Shown here piece by piece: positions 29,941-39,897 of a DNA stretch of 64,000 nucleotides. The stretch spans positions 1-64,000 of IMG/VR virus record IMGVR_UViG_3300035698_012970; one strand, written 5' to 3'. Source of the DNA: a virus. Each line of letters opens with the position of its first letter. Position 1 is the first letter of the stretch. The notes below the pieces were generated by a model, which worked only from the letters and a program-made list of their open reading frames with translations, ran no database searches and had not been told where the DNA came from. A program made the position numbers and the translations under genes.

Positions 29941-30468
29941 TTAAAATAAATCAGGTGAACTATCTACACCGCTTTCAAAAGCTTTTGTAGTAGCATGATT
30001 CTTGATAATATTAACCTGCATTGGTTCCCTACTTCCAACAATCATTTTCTTAGGGAATGTAAGCAACATGTCACGATGCATTTTCTGCATATCCAGCAAC
30101 TTCTTTTGTTCAATAAAGAATCCATTTCGCTCTCCTTCGATAGAGTTCATCAACTTTTTATAAAGAGATGAATCAAAATCCGGGTTTGCTTCTTGTATCC
30201 ATTTCATCATTTCACCACCGGTTGAATAACGACCTTCCATGATACCAAATTGAATTTCCTTGAATTGCTTAGCATACTCGTTAGTAACACCAGCTTGAGA
30301 CTTTAGAATCTCCCAAAGCTTAGTATAGAAGAGTTCAGAAACTTCTTGTTGAGCTTCAACTTTGTTTCGGAGTCTAACTTCATCGTTCGAAACTCCAATT
30401 CCTCAGAATATAGAAATTCCGGCAAAAATAGCAACCACTGCTACGATAATTAAAACTGTCTTTTTCAT
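29941..30468 (-). pseudogene. LemA-like membrane-anchored protein interrupted by an in-frame TGA at codon 22
   Basis: ATG at 30468 MKKTVLIIVAVVAIFAGISIF*GIGVSNDEVRLRN... continues in frame into the 29941..30240 ORF; stop at 30403-30405. Confidence 0.7.
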
Positions 30469-30483
30469 CTTTTCGAATTTATA

Positions 30484-30753
30484 TTAAATTATAGTTTTAC
30501 TTTTCTTAGGAATCCAAATCTTTATCCCAATGATAACCAAGATAAGACTAACTCCGTAATAGATATAATTAAACATCCTATTTACTCCGGATTGAGTTTT
30601 CAGTTCAGTGTAAGCAGCATCATCGTTTAATTGATCAGCAGCTCTAATTGCATATTCCTGAGATACTTCATAATTTGCAACGTCCAGTAGGAGAATTCCC
30701 CCAGCCACTATGGCCAGGAGTATTAACACTGTATAGATAATTTTTTTATTCAT
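30484..30753 (-). CDS. Small 2-TM membrane protein
   Basis: Hydrophobic termini. Confidence 0.7.
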   Translation of the reverse strand: MNKKIIYTVLILLAIVAGGILLLDVANYEVSQEYAIRAADQLNDDAAYTELKTQSGVNRMFNYIYYGVSLILVIIGIKIWIPKKSKTII

Positions 30754-30754
30754 A

Positions 30755-31711
30755 TTATTCGGTTTTTAATCCAAACATTCCTTCTAACATACTTGGTGCC
30801 ATAACTTTAGGTAAAGTTAATGTTCCTTTTCTAAATCCTTCGGCCATACCGTTATTAAGATTAGCTTGTGATAGTTTGAGTTCAATATCTACATCAAGTT
30901 CTTTCTGAGCTTTAATAGCACTTCTAGCTTCGTTAAATTTATTAGCAGCTTTCACTTCATTAGATGCGGTAGTAAATTTCATTTCAGATGCAAACTTCTC
31001 ATTAATAGCAATCTGAATCTTTTCATCAATATAATTAAATCCTCCAGCAGCACCAACATTCATAATCTTTACACCCATAGTTTCAAAATATGCGATTGTT
31101 CTTACACGCATCGTATCAAAAATGGCTTTTCTATTTGACTGACATCCCGATAAATCCAGCACTCCAAATTCACTTGTTAGAATATTTTGAATATAAGCTC
31201 TAACGTCATTATCCATTACTTGTGCCAAGGTACGTCCACTATTTAGATATAAGAATCGTGAAGTCCACTCTTCTGGGATATTACCCGTGGCGGTGATTCC
31301 AATACCAAAACCAATTGATTCTTTACTTTCTACTTCAATATCTTCTTTCTTATTACCAGATGTTCCTGTTCCATTAGCGGCAGTCCATTCTCTTGTAACT
31401 GGAGCACGATTAACTTTAATCACTTTAACTGATGGGATCCATTTACCATCGTTACTCAATCGACCTTCTTGGTGCCATTGTGTCGGGATTAAAACTCTCT
31501 TAGACGCTACTTTCTTACTCTCTAAGTAATCAGCAGATTTAAGTACTTTTTGTCCAGCTTTATTACCCTGCTCTAATGGAATTACATAAGCAGTCTCATT
31601 TGGCTCAACATTTGCGTATATTTGTTCTTGATAAGGTTTACGACAAGATGTGAAATTGAGTGCTAGTAATGTTACTAGTGCAATCATTAATAATTTTGAC
31701 ATTTTCTTCAT
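30755..31711 (-). CDS. SPFH/band-7-like lipoprotein
   Basis: Lipobox FTSC; IEVESKESIGF, coiled C-terminus. Confidence 0.7.
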   Translation of the reverse strand: MKKMSKLLMIALVTLLALNFTSCRKPYQEQIYANVEPNETAYVIPLEQGNKAGQKVLKSADYLESKKVASKRVLIPTQWHQEGRLSNDGKWIPSVKVIKVNRAPVTREWTAANGTGTSGNKKEDIEVESKESIGFGIGITATGNIPEEWTSRFLYLNSGRTLAQVMDNDVRAYIQNILTSEFGVLDLSGCQSNRKAIFDTMRVRTIAYFETMGVKIMNVGAAGGFNYIDEKIQIAINEKFASEMKFTTASNEVKAANKFNEARSAIKAQKELDVDIELKLSQANLNNGMAEGFRKGTLTLPKVMAPSMLEGMFGLKTE

Positions 31712-31801
31712 TTTTCTTTTTATTAGTTATTACTTTTAAATTGAGTTTGCAATATAGAATTAATTTTCGTAGTAAAAAAATTATTACTGATAAATTAAAT
31801 A

Positions 31802-32017
31802 TTATTCCTCATAATCATCAAGTCCAACATGTGATTCTTCGTTATCAGTTAAATACCGATCATATTCATGAAGTAAATCATCATCTTTCCACCTTGATTT
31901 ATCATTTGGATGCATACCATCGTCGGTAAATGTCCACGTATAATAATTATGATCATCGTCTTTTTCGAAGTACTTGTCCAACCATTCGTCGAACATTAAT
32001 TTGTTAGTTTTTTCCAT
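31802..32017 (-). CDS. Acidic hypothetical protein
   Basis: Tiles array. Confidence 0.65.
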   Translation of the reverse strand: MEKTNKLMFDEWLDKYFEKDDDHNYYTWTFTDDGMHPNDKSRWKDDDLLHEYDRYLTDNEESHVGLDDYEE

Positions 32018-32020
32018 ATT

Positions 32021-32416
32021 TTAGTAAATTATTTGATATGCACCCCACATTAAAAGAAGATGCATCGTATTATCTGTTACTGCATAAACAAATGTAGTAA
32101 ACCCACCCTTTAATATATGATAGTTATCGGCTTCCCATGATTCTTTAACAAAACGTTTTAGATTCCTACCTCTGATAAATTCAATATAAATATTAGCTAA
32201 ACCAAATTTATCAATGAAAAAATGTGATGCAAAGACTGCACCTATCCAAATAGGATCAAAATTCCACATAATAAGACAAACACTTGCTGTATATAAAACA
32301 CAATGTATAATTGCAGCTAACCAACCCATTTTAGTATTTTTACTCTTCATTAGTGCCATCCACTTATTTTGAAGTAAATAATCACCAACTAAATGTCCTA
32401 ATAGCATTTCAAACAT
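32021..32416 (-). CDS. DUF3307-like membrane protein
   Basis: GHLVGDYLLQ..WMA..K, HCVLY, SHFFID, DNTMH. Confidence 0.85.
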   Translation of the reverse strand: MFEMLLGHLVGDYLLQNKWMALMKSKNTKMGWLAAIIHCVLYTASVCLIMWNFDPIWIGAVFASHFFIDKFGLANIYIEFIRGRNLKRFVKESWEADNYHILKGGFTTFVYAVTDNTMHLLLMWGAYQIIY

Positions 32417-32427
32417 TGTATTTTATT

Positions 32428-32649
32428 TTAATCTAAATAACCATCACCATCACCTTCATAGATCTTACCATTTTCTTTAGCTAATTCCTTAGCATAATCG
32501 ATAGCACCATCATGATCGTTCCAAAATTCTTTTCTTGATGCTAGAGCATAATCAGTGATTTCATATAACATATGCGGAGTTAAACCAACAACTGATATTC
32601 GACTTCTGTCGCCTTGCGGATATATGATGAAATAAGTTTCTGTGTCCAT
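32428..32649 (-). CDS. Hypothetical protein
   Basis: Tiles array. Confidence 0.65.
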   Translation of the reverse strand: MDTETYFIIYPQGDRSRISVVGLTPHMLYEITDYALASRKEFWNDHDGAIDYAKELAKENGKIYEGDGDGYLD

Positions 32650-32694
32650 AATTTATTTTAGAATATAAAGATATAAAAAAATAACGTAATAAAA

Positions 32695-32732
32695 AAATAA
32701 AACCAATATTAATTAAAATATTGGTTTTATTT
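32695..32732 (-). terminator. AT-rich intrinsic terminator
   Basis: AAATAAAACCAATATT-loop-AATATTGGTTTTATTT with a T-run on the minus strand. Confidence 0.6.
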
Positions 32733-32743
32733 CATTTGTGTGT

Positions 32744-33558
32744 TTATTGTTTGGCTATACACTTCATATATTCTAGATATTTCATGGCGTCATCGGCTTT
32801 TAATTCCTCGTCATAAATATATAAGCGTATATCTGTAATCTGATGGGTTGATAACTTCAATACATCAGATTTGTTTAATCTGACGAAGACACTATATTCA
32901 TATCCTCGATTATCCCAATCCCCACAATCTACTTCTGTTGTTGGCCATTCTAGTTTTTCATCATTTTCGAATAATATGATAGCGCCTTTTTCATATAAAT
33001 TAACCGTACTTCCATATGTAGTAATTCTCATATAAATAGTAGTATCAGATACTGTAACGTACTTACTAAATTTTATAGTTTCTAATATCGGACTTCCATA
33101 TGCGGTCTCGTTTTTGAATTTATCAACCGATTTTTTGATATCTTTACATAAATAATCTTCAGGTAATACTAAACCACCAAGTATAGTAAATTCGAATTGT
33201 GTTTATATTTAGAATTATATTTAAAGTATAAAACCCCAATCTCATTATTTTCCAATGTTAGTCTATAATAATGTCCCCTTATAAATTCACATTTTATAAC
33301 TTTGAAGACTTTATTAACCAGATAGTTATAATTACTTTCTGACTGATCATTTCCCTTTTTATATCGATCCCCATATTTCATTTCAGGAGTAGAATAGAAT
33401 TCAGTATAACCTAATTTGTGTAATCCTTCAGAAAGTGTATTTACTTTTAAATCCCTTTCTAATAACAAATCTACCGATTCACCAGGAAATTCGAGAGTTT
33501 GTGAATATGCCGTTATTGTTAACACCATTGCTAATAAAATAAAAATAATCCTTTTCAT
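32744..33558 (-). pseudogene. Secreted protein (signal peptide AYS-Q) split by a 1-nt frameshift near 33192
   Basis: ORF 33169..33558 joins an open alternate frame (FEFTILGGLVLPEDYLCKDIKKSVDKFKNET...) that runs into ORF 32744..33031. Confidence 0.65.
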
Positions 33559-33684
33559 ATCTCTAAAATTTAGTTATTATTAATTTGTACAAACATAGGG
33601 TTATCTTTCGTAATAAAAAAATGAATTCAATTTTTACCATGACAAACCTTAGGAAAACAGCAAATAATTTGATATATATAACAT

Positions 33685-34641
33685 ATGATAACAACAAAAA
33701 CAGTAATGCTAAAAATATCAAGTAATCTTCTAAAATATTACAGAGAGAAGGGATATAATGTTTCAAACCAGAAATATTCGGAGATAAAAGTTAAAGATCT
33801 CACTAAAGGATCACACGTCAAAGTTAATGGTCTATGTGATGATTGTGATTGTGAATTTATAAGAGAATATCGTACAGTAAAGTACATAGATGGGAAGACC
33901 TACTGTAAAAAATGCCAAGCGTCGATAAGTGCAAAGAAAAGAATAAAAGAGGTTGGAAGTAATTTTGGTAAATCTAAAAGTACCCCGTTTTCAAACCCCG
34001 AAATACAGAGAAAAATAGCCACAAAGTATTCAAAGAATCCTAAAAAGTTAAAAGAAATACACAATAAAAGGAAAAAAACAAGATATGAAAAATATGGTGA
34101 CGAGAACTGGAATAATCAGAAGAAGAAGAAAGAAACCTCTATGATAAAACATGGTACTGAAAATTGGAATAATCCAGAAAAGAGAAAGGCAACATGTCTA
34201 AAGAAACATGGGAATAAAACATGGAATAACCAAGAAAAGAAAAAAGAAACATGCTTAGAAAGATATGGTGTCGAACATACTCAGCATAATGAAGAAATTT
34301 TTAATAAAACGCTTAAAAGTGCACATAAGGTTAAAGAATATAAAAATGGAATATTTTACCAAGGAAGTTATGAAATGGAATTTTTGGATTTATATTGGGA
34401 TCGGATGCAAATATTGAATGGTAAAAAATTCATATATATTGGGTTTGATGGTAATCAGCATGTATATTTTTCAGATTTTTATATTCCATCATTAAACTTA
34501 ATCGTTGAAATAAAATCCCAATATACCCTTGATTATGATTCAAATTCATACTATAAACATACAACGGTTAAAAATAGTGATTATAACTTTATTTGTATTA
34601 TAGATAAGATATATGACGAGTTTGAATCACTATTAAAATAA
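33685..34641 (+). CDS. Putative homing endonuclease: Zn ribbon, KKETCLERYG repeats, C-terminal PD-(D/E)XK domain
   Basis: CDDC..CKKC; about four K-x-T-x-x-x-K/R-[YH]G repeats; YFSDFYIP..NLIVEIKS; opposite strand; GATATATA upstream. Confidence 0.75.
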   Translation: MITTKTVMLKISSNLLKYYREKGYNVSNQKYSEIKVKDLTKGSHVKVNGLCDDCDCEFIREYRTVKYIDGKTYCKKCQASISAKKRIKEVGSNFGKSKSTPFSNPEIQRKIATKYSKNPKKLKEIHNKRKKTRYEKYGDENWNNQKKKKETSMIKHGTENWNNPEKRKATCLKKHGNKTWNNQEKKKETCLERYGVEHTQHNEEIFNKTLKSAHKVKEYKNGIFYQGSYEMEFLDLYWDRMQILNGKKFIYIGFDGNQHVYFSDFYIPSLNLIVEIKSQYTLDYDSNSYYKHTTVKNSDYNFICIIDKIYDEFESLLK

Positions 34642-34947
34642 TGCCTTTGGTAAATTAGCATACTTGAGTAGTATATCCCCGTGACATGATCCCTTGCCGT
34701 TAATATCTTTACACCAACATGCAAGTACTTTACCCCTTAGTTCAGGTAAAGCAGCCATAAGTTCTTCATTACCAAGTAGATATCCTTCATAATTGGCAAT
34801 AGCTTCGTCTCTGGTTGCTACAATGTATTTAGCTGTAGTTCCTTCTTTGTGTGTATATGGGTTTCCCCATTTGGATCCACGTCCAATATAAACATCATAT
34901 TCATCTTTTTTACAGTGTACTACTCTTGGTTTCGGCATCATCTCCAT
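34633..34947 (-). CDS. DUF4326-like protein
   Basis: VYIGRGSKWGNPY, ELRGKVLACWC, CHGDIL. Confidence 0.85.
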   Translation of the reverse strand: MEMMPKPRVVHCKKDEYDVYIGRGSKWGNPYTHKEGTTAKYIVATRDEAIANYEGYLLGNEELMAALPELRGKVLACWCKDINGKGSCHGDILLKYANLPKALF

Positions 34948-35464
34948 ATTTAAAATCTATGTAATGTAAAACCGGGCTTGGTGAAGATAGTGGTTTTACT
35001 TCGACCATATCCAAACTCACAGTTTTTGCAAATATCTGTTTAAATTCAGGCCCGGGCGTTATGGTACCATTTGCAACCCCTTCTTCATATTCTTTCTTTC
35101 GTTTTTCTCTCTCTTCTTCCTTAAGTCTAACGTGTTCATCAATCTCTGATTGTGGTGTATCCCACTCAAAAAGAACAGTTGTACCTTCCGCAGAAATCAT
35201 CGCTGTCCAAGATTGGTCTTCATTTAATCTAAAATACTTATATCCGTTTTGTTCTCTTGCCCCGTACGATTTAATTAGACGAAAAAGATTCGTAGAACGT
35301 GCATTCTTAGCAAATATTATTTTTGGCTGAGATTTTGGTGAATAGAAACCATCCCCATCCATTATATGCATCTCATGACCAACATACATCAAAACATCAC
35401 CAGTCAAGGGACATTTCATATGGGTTTCTTCCGGTTCTTGTTTACCTCCGTCGTAATATCTCAT
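34910..35464 (-). CDS. Hypothetical protein with C-terminal major-capsid (gp23 Gol-region)-like segment
   Basis: KQIFAKTVSLDMVEVKPLSSPSPVLHYIDFKYG. Confidence 0.65.
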   Translation of the reverse strand: MRYYDGGKQEPEETHMKCPLTGDVLMYVGHEMHIMDGDGFYSPKSQPKIIFAKNARSTNLFRLIKSYGAREQNGYKYFRLNEDQSWTAMISAEGTTVLFEWDTPQSEIDEHVRLKEEEREKRKKEYEEGVANGTITPGPEFKQIFAKTVSLDMVEVKPLSSPSPVLHYIDFKYGDDAETKSSTL

Positions 35465-35467
35465 ATC

Positions 35468-35755
35468 TTATTTTTTATACCAAAGTTTCTGTGTAACTGC
35501 CTCTTTGTGCCTATATTTTTCTCCGTAGTCACTAATTATCCATTTATCTAATCTTTCTCTAGCCTCTTCAAAGCTTTTAAAATACTTGGTAAATATTATC
35601 GAATTCCTTATCTCGTGATCTTGTAGTGCATAAAAAGGTAACCCAAATTCACTTTCTGCGTTATTCTCTTCCATAGTCGGATTACTTGCAAGTTTATTAT
35701 GCTTAATAATACTATATCTTTTTCTTATCTTCTTTAATAGTTTAGCTTTCATCAA
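35468..35755 (-). CDS. Hypothetical protein
   Basis: Tiles array. Confidence 0.7.
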   Translation of the reverse strand: MMKAKLLKKIRKRYSIIKHNKLASNPTMEENNAESEFGLPFYALQDHEIRNSIIFTKYFKSFEEARERLDKWIISDYGEKYRHKEAVTQKLWYKK

Positions 35756-36032
35756 CTTCTATATTTCTGGTTAAATGTTTATACATTTCCTCTTTTACTC
35801 TTTGAGAAACGTACTCTGCTTTCTCTAAATCTGGTATGATTTCTTTAGGTTCACACATAAATTCTGGAGTCATTTTTACAATGACCTCAAAATTTGTACC
35901 TGTGCTATAAGAAAAATTGTCCTTTTGTATTATTACTACTGTTACTGCTTCACTCATTATATTATTCTTTTGAATCTCTATATACTCTTTGGAAATCGTC
36001 TTTAAAAAGTTTTCCCATGAAATCTGCTGCAT
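35742..36032 (-). CDS. Hypothetical protein
   Basis: Tiles array. Confidence 0.55.
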   Translation of the reverse strand: MQQISWENFLKTISKEYIEIQKNNIMSEAVTVVIIQKDNFSYSTGTNFEVIVKMTPEFMCEPKEIIPDLEKAEYVSQRVKEEMYKHLTRNIEVDES

Positions 36033-36279
36033 AATGACTTCCTAATGGAGTCATTATATCTTCACATAATAAAAACGGAACAAATACATTATGTTCTCCT
36101 ATTTCTTTCATGGTAAACTTTACTTTACAGCCCAATTGTCCATTTGGATAACCTTCCATTGGTTTTGTTCTGGATAACTTCTTATCTAAGATTTTACATT
36201 TCACAGGTAGCAACCAGTCATTATCCTTAAATGAAGTCTCAATTTTGTTCATTGCTAACTTAACTATTTTTGGTATCAT
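35962..36279 (-). CDS. Hypothetical protein
   Basis: Tiles array. Confidence 0.7.
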   Translation of the reverse strand: MIPKIVKLAMNKIETSFKDNDWLLPVKCKILDKKLSRTKPMEGYPNGQLGCKVKFTMKEIGEHNVFVPFLLCEDIMTPLGSHYAADFMGKLFKDDFQRVYRDSKE

Positions 36280-37139
36280 TATTCTGCGTTATTTGGTACA
36301 AGGTTTCTGATATATTCACGATCCTGTGTGAATGTTGGGGTATCTAGATCTGTTATCCATTTAGTTCTAGTGCTACCCTCTCCTCTAGTACCAATATTCC
36401 CGTCTGGCATTAGACTTGCACTGATTAGCTTATAGTCAATAACCTCAGTCACTTTTCTAATAACAGCTCCTCTTTTCTTTCTAATTTCAGCCTTATCCCA
36501 ATTAACACCCTTTTGAAACATCATTTCCTGCATCTCGTCTGTTTTCTTGCCATTTAATTCTTTGTGTGAATATAAACATTGTGCACATGACGAGATTGAA
36601 TTTCTAACCGCATCTTGTTGTCTCCAAACTAGATAATTTATAACCTCAGTTAATGTAGGGAGTTGGAAAACCCTTGCATCAAACATAGCTATCTTTTTAC
36701 TCATATCTTCCATCTCGACCCATTCAAAATTTGGACGCATTGTCTTTTCATCAATATGCGCAATCTCTTTTAGCCCTCTAATAAATCTTAGCTGATTAAA
36801 TTTCGCTGTTGCTAAAGATGCAGCGACAGATGTTATCTTCTGTATAGTCCCATCAAACCATGCTTCGGTATTAAGATTATCAAAATCAGTAAGAATTACT
36901 GAAATCTCGTCTGATTGGACATAAGCAAGTTTAGCTCCCATGATTTCTTTACATAGATATTCAGCAGTTGAATTCATATCTTCTATGAATCCATGATCAA
37001 AAGGTCTTATTAAACCTCTTGTATATGTGTGGAATGCTTTACCGTCAATTCTAATGACAGTATAACTTCTTCTCATTAATTTTTGTTTAGTACGACTTTC
37101 GTAGTACGATTTCATTCTATCTCCTAAGTTGTCTTTCAT
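36279..37139 (-). CDS. tRNA(His) guanylyltransferase Thg1-like protein (3'-5' polymerase)
   Basis: LGDRMKSYYE, IRIDGKAFH, YVQSDEIS, FDARV, WRQQDAVRNS. Confidence 0.92.
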   Translation of the reverse strand: MKDNLGDRMKSYYESRTKQKLMRRSYTVIRIDGKAFHTYTRGLIRPFDHGFIEDMNSTAEYLCKEIMGAKLAYVQSDEISVILTDFDNLNTEAWFDGTIQKITSVAASLATAKFNQLRFIRGLKEIAHIDEKTMRPNFEWVEMEDMSKKIAMFDARVFQLPTLTEVINYLVWRQQDAVRNSISSCAQCLYSHKELNGKKTDEMQEMMFQKGVNWDKAEIRKKRGAVIRKVTEVIDYKLISASLMPDGNIGTRGEGSTRTKWITDLDTPTFTQDREYIRNLVPNNAE

Positions 37140-37266
37140 TTTATTTACTAGTTATTTATATCTATTCTTATGCTTTCCCTTGGGTTGTTTATATTCGCCC
37201 ATTTTATCAAGTTTTTTAACTACCAGAAAAGCTACCCCGATTGCTATTATTCCAAACATGTCTATT

Positions 37267-37503
37267 TTATTTAATTATTTCATCTACGTAATCAAACATA
37301 ATTAATACTCCAATTAGCCAATATATGTTTATATTTTTACTATACATCGCATCACCATTATTATTTGCAACTGCATAATAAGCCTCGGTTATATCCCCAT
37401 GATGTTGTATAGTAATACTACATCTATCATTCACGAAGTGGTTTTCTTCAATCATTTCGAATCCATTCTTTTCTAAAAATGGTTTTATCTCCTTTAATAT
37501 CAT
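37267..37503 (-). CDS. Hypothetical protein
   Basis: Tiles array. Confidence 0.65.
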   Translation of the reverse strand: MILKEIKPFLEKNGFEMIEENHFVNDRCSITIQHHGDITEAYYAVANNNGDAMYSKNINIYWLIGVLIMFDYVDEIIK

Positions 37504-37901
37504 TATTTTGCTCGCTTTAATTCATTAATGATTTCATTAATTGTTAGTTTTTCATATATTAAACACCCAGTGATAATATCAGTACTGTCACCCTCCAGAA
37601 TTCTCAAAATATCACTCAGTGCACTTATAACTGTTTCTAAGTACACTTCTTTCACGGTAAAACTATGAAGAGGTTCGGTTTTCTCTCTTGCTATAATCAT
37701 TGCATCAGCAACTTTATATGCCATTTCAACTTTTTCTCGCAGTAATTCTTCACTTGCCTTCTCGGCAGTAAGTTGAATCCATTCTTCCTTTTCTCCCTCC
37801 TTAGCAATGTTCTTTCGCTGTCCACCAGTATAAAATGTACTTAATTTATTTGCACTAATGATCTGTCCTGCTAAATAATCTCTTAGTTTTATATTTTCCA
37901 T
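37503..37901 (-). CDS. Hypothetical phage protein
   Basis: LRDYLAGQ...AYKVADAMIIARE motif. Confidence 0.75.
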   Translation of the reverse strand: MENIKLRDYLAGQIISANKLSTFYTGGQRKNIAKEGEKEEWIQLTAEKASEELLREKVEMAYKVADAMIIAREKTEPLHSFTVKEVYLETVISALSDILRILEGDSTDIITGCLIYEKLTINEIINELKRAK

Positions 37902-38383
37902 TATATTGTAAATAATCCTATTAAAATACTAATCACTCCAATTATCTCAATCCACCATATATGATCCTTCCATTTCCAGATAAGTGCACCAATATAAAAT
38001 AGTGCAGAGAGCCCACCAAATATAGACAAAGCATACCACGCATCATAATCTATACCAAGACCTAATAGCGCTGCGCCTATGCCAATTGCAGCCCCCGTAA
38101 AATGAATTATAGGCACTGGTCCTTTCCTAGGTAAGAACTGTGTAGCTCCACCAACGAAAATCAATCCCATACCCGATGCAAAAAGCCAAACTGAACTACT
38201 ATCCCCATTGAAGGTCATGAGTGAACCCAACGCATACATAACTAATGTAAAAATCCATTGTAAATGAAATGGTTTCAATTTATACCAACTATCCGAGATG
38301 GAAGGTAATGGTCTTTTAAATTTTATCAACAAAAATGTGATATAAACAACAAATATTGTTGTTTGTATTAATGTAATTATCAT
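37901..38383 (-). CDS. Multi-pass membrane protein
   Basis: About 6 TM segments, PSISDSWY. Confidence 0.75.
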   Translation of the reverse strand: MIITLIQTTIFVVYITFLLIKFKRPLPSISDSWYKLKPFHLQWIFTLVMYALGSLMTFNGDSSSVWLFASGMGLIFVGGATQFLPRKGPVPIIHFTGAAIGIGAALLGLGIDYDAWYALSIFGGLSALFYIGALIWKWKDHIWWIEIIGVISILIGLFTI

Positions 38384-38391
38384 AATATTCT

Positions 38392-38691
38392 TTATTTCAT
38401 TCTCTCTATACTATCTCCGTAATTCTTTATTCTCAAAATTGTTAATTCTCCATTCTTTTTGGACTTACCTATCTTAAATTCAAAGTCGTCACTTATACTA
38501 CAACCATCGCCATCCCAATCATATCTTTTTCCTAATCCAGTTCTCATGTTATAAACAAGCTTTTCACTTTCTTCCATTTTAATTGTAACGTTACCAGTTA
38601 ATAAATTAAATCTAGGTTTAACATTCCAGTATTTTCCAATATGAGTTTGCTCTCTAAAGATTTGCTTGACTTTACTAACTGTTACTTTCAT
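38392..38691 (-). CDS. Hypothetical protein
   Basis: Tiles array. Confidence 0.7.
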   Translation of the reverse strand: MKVTVSKVKQIFREQTHIGKYWNVKPRFNLLTGNVTIKMEESEKLVYNMRTGLGKRYDWDGDGCSISDDFEFKIGKSKKNGELTILRIKNYGDSIERMK

Positions 38692-38692
38692 A

Positions 38693-39049
38693 TTAGTTAT
38701 TATTAAGTAAATTCTTTTCTTTGCAATGATTTAAACAGTCATCAGTACTACCTTCAATCCAAGTTTTAACCATTTCTAGTCCACCTGCTCCCTCACACAT
38801 ACATAATGGACAAAATTCATTTCCATTTGTATCTTTACCAAGCATACCAACTCCACCAGCTTTTAAACCAGCAGACCATATTGCATTATTTGCAGCCATT
38901 AGTGGATCAAATATTACTAATTCTTCATCCTCTAATTCTTTTACCACGCGATTCATTGCATCTTCACCACTTTTGGCCACTAAATGACCCATACCCTTTC
39001 TGTCAACCGCTTCTCTGAGCTGTTCCCAGTGTTTAGTACAAATTTTCAT
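38693..39049 (-). CDS. Hypothetical Zn-binding protein
   Basis: CTKH...CPLC. Confidence 0.7.
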   Translation of the reverse strand: MKICTKHWEQLREAVDRKGMGHLVAKSGEDAMNRVVKELEDEELVIFDPLMAANNAIWSAGLKAGGVGMLGKDTNGNEFCPLCMCEGAGGLEMVKTWIEGSTDDCLNHCKEKNLLNNN

Positions 39050-39180
39050 AATTATATTTTAAGCGTCCATCATTTTTTTATAACCAGCAAAGTAATACTC
39101 AAGCCGATAAACTTCTCCTGTACTAGGATCTTTCTTATAAGTACTACCAGACGGATATGCATGCACCCATTTAGCCATTA

Positions 39181-39420
39181 TCAGCAGTTTTTAGTTATTT
39201 TCTTTTTCTTTATTTGGCTTTTACCATTTTGTCTTAGTTTTAAAATATTATATTCTAATTTCCTAATTTCGACAAAATCTGAACTTCTTCTTGGTGATAT
39301 ATCTAGTTCATCATTATTAACATCCCAATATTGAATATTACTATAATAGTCATCATAATTATCTTCTGCTGTTACTGTAATAGCATCTCCAGTTTTAGAG
39401 TCCTTTTTATACCTAATCAT
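39181..39420 (-). CDS. Hypothetical protein
   Basis: Tiles array; FVEI motif shared with the next ORF. Confidence 0.6.
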   Translation of the reverse strand: MIRYKKDSKTGDAITVTAEDNYDDYYSNIQYWDVNNDELDISPRRSSDFVEIRKLEYNILKLRQNGKSQIKKKKITKNC

Positions 39421-39652
39421 TTTTGGTAACTTTTAATTGTTTCTTTTTCTCCCTGGTATACTTCTTTTCTGAAATTTCAACAAATCCTATTAAATCTGGA
39501 ACTATATCTTCATCGCCATCACCGATCTCTTTACCATGAATATTATAATAATGATCAGGAAAATCAATTCTGGTATTATGTTCAAAGATTGATCTTAATA
39601 TCAATTCTCCAGTATTAGAGTTCTTATAATGTTTTTTAATATGATTTCCCAT
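39413..39652 (-). CDS. Hypothetical protein
   Basis: Tiles array. Confidence 0.6.
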   Translation of the reverse strand: MGNHIKKHYKNSNTGELILRSIFEHNTRIDFPDHYYNIHGKEIGDGDEDIVPDLIGFVEISEKKYTREKKKQLKVTKND

Positions 39653-39897
39653 TATACTTGTGTTAATATTAGATTTCTAAGAAGATTTGCTTTTGTTAAA
39701 ACAGCTCTACCTGTGATATCTGTTCCCTCGTGTTCATTCCCAATATGAGATAATCCATCATCTCTCGATCCTTTCCAAAAATTATAAATGAGTTCTTTTA
39801 GTTCTTCATGCGAAATCACATCAAGAGCTAATTTAACTATTTCATTTTCTTTTCTAATCATTTCATTTTCTGCAGTACTAGACATATTCGTAAGCAA
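39652..39897 (-). CDS. Hypothetical protein
   Basis: Tiles array. Confidence 0.55.
   Translation of the reverse strand: MLTNMSSTAENEMIRKENEIVKLALDVISHEELKELIYNFWKGSRDDGLSHIGNEHEGTDITGRAVLTKANLLRNLILTQV

Noticed and set aside
34060-34280. Possible CRISPR-like or DGR repeat (recurring TGGAATAA units)
   Set aside because: These are degenerate in-frame protein repeats (KYGxENWNN) of the endonuclease. No fixed repeat-spacer array, cas gene or reverse transcriptase is present in the window.
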